From NCBI RefSeq assembly GCF_017348835.2, contig NZ_CP072315.1: a DNA stretch of 64,000 nucleotides. One strand, written 5' to 3'. The notes under the pieces were generated by a model, which did not search any database, was not told the DNA's origin, and saw nothing but the letters and a program-made list of their open reading frames with translations. The translations under genes were made by a program, and so were the position numbers. This document shows, piece after piece, positions 58,273-64,000 of the stretch. This DNA is from Escherichia coli. GTDB taxonomy: Bacteria > Pseudomonadota > Gammaproteobacteria > Enterobacterales > Enterobacteriaceae. The first letter of the stretch is position 1. Each line of letters starts with the position of its first letter.

Positions 58273-59592
58273 TTAAGCAGGTGTGTCAGTTGAAAGAGGT
58301 TTGCGTGATTCTGGAAAATGAGGCAGCACCATAGTTTCAGATGCTGTGGTCGCATCCCAGTGCCACCATCCATAAGGCCCATATTCACGGTTGTAATAAT
58401 CTTTTTTGAGTTGCTTTCGGGCCAGATAAGCAGGAGTGGCCATACCAAATACTTCCATCGGGAACGGCTTATCGCTTTTTGTGTCGAGCAGGTAGAAGTC
58501 AGGGAACACCTCACTAATACTCGCATCATAACGCATGGGCTTAACGTACTGCCGGTGCTCTGCATCCAGCTTTTCTGCAACAACCGCCTCATAGGAGGAG
58601 TCCAGAGGTATCCAGTTCTCGCTAACGTGCATCAGCACAATTTGATGAGCTCTTACAGAAGGGCCTCTGCCGGTTACCACAGCTGGTGACGTCAACGCAA
58701 AGACAACTATTTTCGCCCCGGATTTCCATGCTGCGTACTCCGATGAAAATCGTTTCTTTACGCTATCCCAATGGACTTCTGAATTGAAAAAAATCAGCGG
58801 TAGCCCCCCAAAATTCCGCAGGGGTAAAAATTTAAGTGGCTTCTCATGCTTTTCAGCATCGTAGCGAGGTAAAACTGACAGGAGCATGAGACGTTTATCA
58901 CTCATCGCCTGTGATGAAAGACGCTGAATTTGCGACTGAGCGACAGGTTGTTTCGGGTCAGGTACACCAATGAATAAATGGTCACCTATGCAGGCTCTGC
59001 CGGTACGAATTTGTTTAGCGGTTTCAAGCAGACGATACCGTACCAGTGAATCGTTACGTTTCCCTGCCATTTTCGGGTACCAGACATTCAGACCAGACTC
59101 TGTCCACAAAAGACTAAGCAAGCCCAGGAGGGTCATTGAGGCCTGACCTCCTTCTGGTCGCTGAACATGGGGCAGGGGAGGCACTTCTGATTTTTCAGGA
59201 GGATCTTTCTCTGTCATACCGATACCGAGCCTTACAGCCATATCACCTTCGGTTGTAATCCGGACCACACCACTCGCATATCCTTTCAGGCCGGTATGCC
59301 GGGCATCAAGGGAGAAGAATACACAGGAAGGATCATGCTCAATGCCCGTGTTAGCGGCTTTGACGAGAATAAAGGCATCACCGTTCGGTAAAGCACGAAC
59401 ATAAAGTCGCTTTTCTCCTTTTCCACGACATCCGCAGGTGATGACTGATTTTTGACCTGAGGTGTGGTGTGCCTTTTTAAGAGCCGACTGCCACCCTTTA
59501 GCAAACTCATCCTGCGTTTGAAAGTCAGGTGAATACCTTTTGACGTTTGGATCGTCGTCGTAAGCAATCATCACTGCGAATTTTTGGCTCAT
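58273..59592 (-). CDS. Hypothetical protein (439 aa), downstream of dcm on the same strand
   Basis: Large ORF with good start context; no catalytic motif recognised. Confidence 0.5.
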   Translation of the reverse strand: MSQKFAVMIAYDDDPNVKRYSPDFQTQDEFAKGWQSALKKAHHTSGQKSVITCGCRGKGEKRLYVRALPNGDAFILVKAANTGIEHDPSCVFFSLDARHTGLKGYASGVVRITTEGDMAVRLGIGMTEKDPPEKSEVPPLPHVQRPEGGQASMTLLGLLSLLWTESGLNVWYPKMAGKRNDSLVRYRLLETAKQIRTGRACIGDHLFIGVPDPKQPVAQSQIQRLSSQAMSDKRLMLLSVLPRYDAEKHEKPLKFLPLRNFGGLPLIFFNSEVHWDSVKKRFSSEYAAWKSGAKIVVFALTSPAVVTGRGPSVRAHQIVLMHVSENWIPLDSSYEAVVAEKLDAEHRQYVKPMRYDASISEVFPDFYLLDTKSDKPFPMEVFGMATPAYLARKQLKKDYYNREYGPYGWWHWDATTASETMVLPHFPESRKPLSTDTPA

Positions 59593-59614
59593 AGTAGTCT
59601 CCTAAACAGGAAGT

Positions 59615-59782
59615 TTAATATCCCAACCAGAGCAACACTTCCTGAGCGTCATACTGTTCCTTTACGCCCATGTCGCTAAAGAATTCTTCGAAATCTGTTT
59701 CGGGAACGCAATGCCTGGACAGTTCTTGTAATGCTCGTTCTTTAGATACCGTCTCACCTTCAGCTGATTCGAAATACGTCAT
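59615..59782 (-). CDS. Possible small acidic protein (55 aa) between dcm and the 439-aa gene
   Basis: Translation MTYFESAEGETVSKERALQELSRHCVPETDFEEFFSDMGVKEQYDAQEVLLWLGY; acidic; not in the track (<60 aa). Confidence 0.3.
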   Translation of the reverse strand: MTYFESAEGETVSKERALQELSRHCVPETDFEEFFSDMGVKEQYDAQEVLLWLGY

Positions 59783-59842
59783 GGTTGACCTCTGACATTA
59801 TTACAACAATCTTAAGCATTTAAATTGATGAAGGAGCTCAGG

Positions 59843-61312
59843 TCAGCTGACTTCGTCGTAAAACTGCCGCAAGCGCTGGGAGGCTGCAAATTCAATTCGT
59901 GACTTCAGCAGTTTGGCGACGGCCGCAAAGACATCAACGACCACGGAGTTCCCAAACTGTCTGTAAGCCTGTGTATTGGACACAGGGATACGGAAAACAC
60001 TTTCCCCGGGTTTATCGAAGCCCATTAGCCTGCTGCATTCACGTGGCGTTAGCATGCGTGGCCGACGGTCCATGTTGTATGTGTTATGGAAATCAGTTTC
60101 TCCCAGTTCATGAGACCAGCCCCGATCAATAAGAATTTCAGATCCGTCTTTCATATAGCGGCTTGAGAGGGTTCTGGTGACACTATTAACATTGGAAGGA
60201 TCTACTAGTCCAAAACCAAAACCATTGCCTTTTGCCGCATGTTTCTTTGCATAGTTGTATAAGTACTCCCAGAGTTTAGGGGAGAGGATGTATTTACTAT
60301 CTACGCTCGGATCCAGTAAATCTGAGAGAGAAGGGCGCTTGTCCGGATAAAAGTCTTTAATGTCTCTCAGAGTAAAACCGTCTTTCAGACGTAGGTCGCG
60401 GCGAAAACCAATAAGGACGATACGTTCACGGTGCTGGGGTCGGAAATGACGGCCATCGATGACTTTAGGATCATCCGCGCCCGTGCTTTCGCTGTTTGCG
60501 ACGTCGTAGCCAAGCTCATCGAGCGTTTTCATGATGATGTTAAAGGTATTACCCTTATCGTGACTCTTCAGATTTTTTACGTTTTCCAGAACAAAAATTG
60601 CAGGTTGTTTTGCCCGGATGATCCTGGCCACATCAAAGAAGAGCGTACCCTGAGTGTCGCACTCGAAACCGTGTTTGCGACCCATAGAGTTCTTTTTACT
60701 GACACCGGCGATGCTGAATGGCTGGCATGGAAATCCCGCAAGAAGAACATCATGATCCGGGATAGAGGCATCGATAAATTTGTATGCCTCGTCATCAGTA
60801 ACCTCGGGCCGGTTGCTAAGAGTGATGTCACGGATGTCTGAATTGAAGCGGTGCTCGTTCTCATCGCAATACCAGTTCGCCCGGTAAGTACGGCTGGAAT
60901 AAGTATTCCATTCGCTCGTGAAAAGACATTTACCACCGATGGCATCAAATCCGCTTCGCAGTCCACCTATCCCTGCAAACAGATCGATAAAGCTAAAGTG
61001 CCTGTCCTCATAATCAGCAGGTCGTGAAGGTATTAAAGTCTGTAGATAGCGTCCATCTGCGATACTCAGCTCACAATGCTCAGGTATGCATGTAACCTGA
61101 CGTTTAAGGGATGCACGGGACCAATTACTGCCATTTTCATCATTTAATACCTGAGCCAGATATTTCAGGTCATAAATGGTCGAAGCTGTTAACAAAGTTT
61201 TGTGGATCAGAGATGGTGTTTTATCCACATCATTCAGGTCTGTCTCAAGATCATGAGTGTAACGTTTCATCCAAACTCTCTCAGGAATAATATCTTTGAG
61301 ATAGATTAACAC
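59843..61312 (-). CDS. dcm: DNA cytosine-5 methyltransferase, Dcm orthologue
   Basis: Motif [11 protein letters not shown], motif [10 protein letters not shown], motif VI ENVKNL; long stretches near-identical to E. coli Dcm (recalled) including C-terminal RLMGF...QFGNSVVV. Confidence 0.9.
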   Translation of the reverse strand: MLIYLKDIIPERVWMKRYTHDLETDLNDVDKTPSLIHKTLLTASTIYDLKYLAQVLNDENGSNWSRASLKRQVTCIPEHCELSIADGRYLQTLIPSRPADYEDRHFSFIDLFAGIGGLRSGFDAIGGKCLFTSEWNTYSSRTYRANWYCDENEHRFNSDIRDITLSNRPEVTDDEAYKFIDASIPDHDVLLAGFPCQPFSIAGVSKKNSMGRKHGFECDTQGTLFFDVARIIRAKQPAIFVLENVKNLKSHDKGNTFNIIMKTLDELGYDVANSESTGADDPKVIDGRHFRPQHRERIVLIGFRRDLRLKDGFTLRDIKDFYPDKRPSLSDLLDPSVDSKYILSPKLWEYLYNYAKKHAAKGNGFGFGLVDPSNVNSVTRTLSSRYMKDGSEILIDRGWSHELGETDFHNTYNMDRRPRMLTPRECSRLMGFDKPGESVFRIPVSNTQAYRQFGNSVVVDVFAAVAKLLKSRIEFAASQRLRQFYDEVS

Positions 61313-61481
61313 GCTTAATTTGGATTATTTTTTGGTTCAGGTTCTAAATTTATTGTGATTATTCTGCCTTTAAGTTGCAAAAAGATTGGTTTTAAGCCCG
61401 CCCATGAAATAATGACTTGTTAAAATACTGCCTGTAAATAGGCTTGTGGATACATGTCTGTACTCAACAAATCAAGGTGAA

Positions 61482-62000
61482 ATGATGTTTTTTTTAACAA
61501 AGTTACTTTTGCCCATCATGATTGTTGTATTCCCAGTGGCGTCCTGGGGGAACTCAACAACTTTTGAGGCAAAGGTGGTTAAGATTGTTGACGGTGACAC
61601 CATAACTGCGTTGGATGCTCAAAACACAACCATCAAAATACGGATGTATGGTATAGACGCTCCTGAATCTAAACAGGCTTTTGGCCAAAAAGCAAAACAG
61701 GCCTTAACCACAGCTATAGCAACTAAAATCGTTACCGTGATAGACCATGGTACGGATATCTATGGCCGTATGTTAGGTACCATCTGGTTAGATGGATATG
61801 ATATCAATGCCTCTATGGTGGACAGTGGATATGCGTGGGTTTATCGGTTCGAAGATAACGCCATTGTCCCTGGCTATATCAAATATGAATCCGCAGCACA
61901 AAAGGAGGCAAAAGGGTTATGGGCAGACACCAACCCTGTCCCACCATGGCAGTGGAGACAGGCAAACGAAAAGCCCAGAAAGGTGAAAGAGAAGAAATAA
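61482..62000 (+). CDS. Secreted thermonuclease (SNase-like) homologue
   Basis: Signal peptide MMFFLTKLLLPIMIVVFPVASWG; SNase core VDGDTI...RMYGIDAPE. ATG at 61482 with AAGGTGA RBS; track start 61446 is GTG. Confidence 0.75.
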   Translation: MMFFLTKLLLPIMIVVFPVASWGNSTTFEAKVVKIVDGDTITALDAQNTTIKIRMYGIDAPESKQAFGQKAKQALTTAIATKIVTVIDHGTDIYGRMLGTIWLDGYDINASMVDSGYAWVYRFEDNAIVPGYIKYESAAQKEAKGLWADTNPVPPWQWRQANEKPRKVKEKK

Positions 62001-62002
62001 CC

Positions 62003-62899
62003 ATGATGAAAGAGCCTCATCCGTTACTTCAGTTGGTACTAAACGATTCCGGTCGTCTAACCATGCCTGTTTATTATAGAGATCAACAGTATTGCCCGAC
62101 TTGCCTTACAAAGGTGTTGAAGAGTGAGGATGGAAGTTTGGCGCACCTCGGGGAAATAAATCAAAATACATGTAGACCTTCTATTTCAGTAGTTGTGACA
62201 AAAGCAATTATTGAAATGTTATGTGACGGGGAAAAAATATATGTAAATCCAATACGACACCGAGGCCGGGTGCTGGCACCCTCAGTAATTTTTTCTCCCG
62301 ACACTCACACTTTCAAACCGTTTATAAATACAGACTATCAGCCTGTGGGAGCAAACTGGAAAAGTGAAAAGGGATATAAACTCGGTCTGTTTTATCTCAA
62401 AGATCGAGCCAACTCTATCAATAAAGAGGAATTTGATTTCATTGCCGTTATAGACCCTGAGGCAATGCAGAAAGAATTTATTTCGGCCTGGTCTGAGGTT
62501 GATGAAAAAAATCCATTGGAAACGCTGAAGCAGATCTTACGATCTAAAAACAACTCTTCTTTATGGGTAAAATGGCCTGGCAAAATTGAGCATGCGCAAA
62601 AAGGAAATTACAACGAAAATTACTGGTTCGATTATCAATCTGATAATCAGGAAGTGAACTGTACGGTCTCTGTTGTAGGTATCGAAGGTAACAGTTCCGG
62701 TGAGACAATTTATAGATTGCAAACTTTGCTAAAGCGTAAGCTCAATGAATATCAACTGGTTCGGTCTTTAGGGACTATTATGCTTCTTGATAATACCGGG
62801 AATATGATTCCATCAAACCATCCTTATTTTGAAGTCATCTCAAAAGCATGTATAAATGGAGTGCGTGACTTTGTTCGTCAAAACCCGTGGGTAGTCTGA
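62003..62899 (+). CDS. Hypothetical protein (298 aa)
   Basis: ATG 62003 immediately after the nuclease stop; no motif recognised. Confidence 0.5.
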   Translation: MMKEPHPLLQLVLNDSGRLTMPVYYRDQQYCPTCLTKVLKSEDGSLAHLGEINQNTCRPSISVVVTKAIIEMLCDGEKIYVNPIRHRGRVLAPSVIFSPDTHTFKPFINTDYQPVGANWKSEKGYKLGLFYLKDRANSINKEEFDFIAVIDPEAMQKEFISAWSEVDEKNPLETLKQILRSKNNSSLWVKWPGKIEHAQKGNYNENYWFDYQSDNQEVNCTVSVVGIEGNSSGETIYRLQTLLKRKLNEYQLVRSLGTIMLLDNTGNMIPSNHPYFEVISKACINGVRDFVRQNPWVV

Positions 62900-62946
62900 C
62901 GGTCAACTATAAAGCATAATATAATTAGTAATAACAAGGAACAGAC

Positions 62947-63354
62947 ATGAATGAAAACTCAGTAATCTTAATAAGTTTATTTTGGTTTTTTTTGGGATCG
63001 AGTGTTGTAGCTGGTTTTATGGATGCATCATTATATTGCTGGATTTTTGCAGCCATAAGCGCATTGTTTCTTCTTTCGGTGATACAAACACCAAAGGAGT
63101 TAACGGTATCTATTAGTCATATGACAAGCAAAACGCTGATCTCAAAGACAGATGATGGATACACATTTAGCATTTCACCTTACGGAGACGGGTACCGCTT
63201 ATCAGTCTCGCCTGAAAATCGTCACAATGGTACCCAAAGCTTTGACGGCTGGTTCCCACGTTTTTTTTCCGAACCACAGTATGCCAAATCATCTTTAACT
63301 AAATTTCTCGGTGAGTCCTTAGTATGGGAAGAAGATTCAAGTAATGCTCTATGA
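62947..63354 (+). CDS. Hypothetical membrane protein (135 aa)
   Basis: Two N-terminal hydrophobic helices. Confidence 0.45.
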   Translation: MNENSVILISLFWFFLGSSVVAGFMDASLYCWIFAAISALFLLSVIQTPKELTVSISHMTSKTLISKTDDGYTFSISPYGDGYRLSVSPENRHNGTQSFDGWFPRFFSEPQYAKSSLTKFLGESLVWEEDSSNAL

Positions 63355-63399
63355 GATTACTTATTATAAATTTTTCTATTAATCTCCATGGAGTGATAT

Positions 63400-63654
63400 A
63401 TGAATTTGGCCTATTTTTTATTTTTGTCTATAACTGTTATGCTTACGAGCTTTATTATTAAATCACTTGTCGTATTGGTAAAGTTCAAATTACTTCGTGA
63501 TGAACGTCTCGAATATACCAGCAATAAAAATATTGATGAGATGTACGATTTAATGAATGCGAAGGAAGAAATCCTCATAAGGCATCATAAGCAGATGTTG
63601 GCATTGCATCTTTCACTATTAATATTCGTTCTATTTATTGCTTACATTTACTAA
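63400..63654 (+). CDS. Small membrane protein (84 aa)
   Basis: Hydrophobic N- and C-terminal helices. Confidence 0.4.
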   Translation: MNLAYFLFLSITVMLTSFIIKSLVVLVKFKLLRDERLEYTSNKNIDEMYDLMNAKEEILIRHHKQMLALHLSLLIFVLFIAYIY

Positions 63655-63691
63655 AAATAATTTTATTCAACATTTCAACAAAGGGTTTTCA

Positions 63692-63979
63692 ATGGAAAGC
63701 TTCGAAACTGAACAAATGATTCAATATGCTTTCTACATAAATATCGTAATAACGACTGGTTTGGCATGGTTTTGCTTGCGGTCAGGATTGCATTACAATT
63801 TTTTCAGAAAAGCAGAGAGTGCCAGAACAAAAGGGCTGAGTAGTACCTCTACTGAACACGGTCCAGCAATAGTGAGACTAAAGAAGCTACAAGCATTAGT
63901 AGATTTTATTAGTAACTGTGCTTTTCTAATCCTTTCAATTGGCACAGCTTATATTTTGTATGTTTGGAGCCACAGTTAA
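63692..63979 (+). CDS. Small membrane protein (95 aa)
   Basis: ATG 63692 with AAGGG RBS; the track's upstream extension overlaps the previous gene. Confidence 0.4.
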   Translation: MESFETEQMIQYAFYINIVITTGLAWFCLRSGLHYNFFRKAESARTKGLSSTSTEHGPAIVRLKKLQALVDFISNCAFLILSIGTAYILYVWSHS

Positions 63980-64000
63980 CTCATACGAGGTAACTTCGGC

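Noticed and set aside
59615-59843. vsr (very-short-patch repair endonuclease) downstream of dcm
   Set aside because: The only ORF in that position encodes 55 aa with no Vsr-like motifs; Vsr is about 156 aa and overlaps dcm in E. coli.
1-64000. CRISPR arrays, rRNA or tRNA genes
   Set aside because: No regularly spaced short direct repeats with unique spacers and no tRNA- or rRNA-like sequence was recognised by eye; a computational scan could still find a small RNA I missed.

Overview
Read by eye only; no searches or computations were run, so all family assignments rest on motif recognition and recalled sequences. The window looks like backbone of a large enterobacterial conjugative plasmid, most consistent with an IncHI-type (R478-like) element, though a chromosomal island cannot be excluded. 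Pointers: a TraN-like transfer gene fragment, an Hha-family gene, IS1, an orphan Dcm and a complete tellurite-resistance (ter) supercluster. Layout: (1) 1-26.9 kb, AT-rich, single genes separated by hairpin+U-tract elements, including a UvrD-like helicase, a CobS/CobT-like AAA+/vWA pair, a Toprim primase-like gene, a tandem array of five ~300-aa paralogues, an eight-gene operon with a Tus-like protein, and a tyrosine recombinase. (2) 27.1-47.1 kb, higher GC: TerY vWA/PP2C/kinase operon, terW, a six-gene biosynthetic operon, and terZABCDEF. (3) 47.1-64 kb: hipBA with four operator repeats, an HNH module, IS1 without target duplication, a palindrome-rich non-coding region, a KfrA-like gene, orphan dcm without vsr, and a secreted SNase-like nuclease. 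No CRISPR array, rRNA or tRNA was recognised. Best candidates for an undescribed system, none proven: the five-gene paralogue array, the AAA+/vWA module, the eight-gene operon, the HNH module and the dcm neighbourhood.
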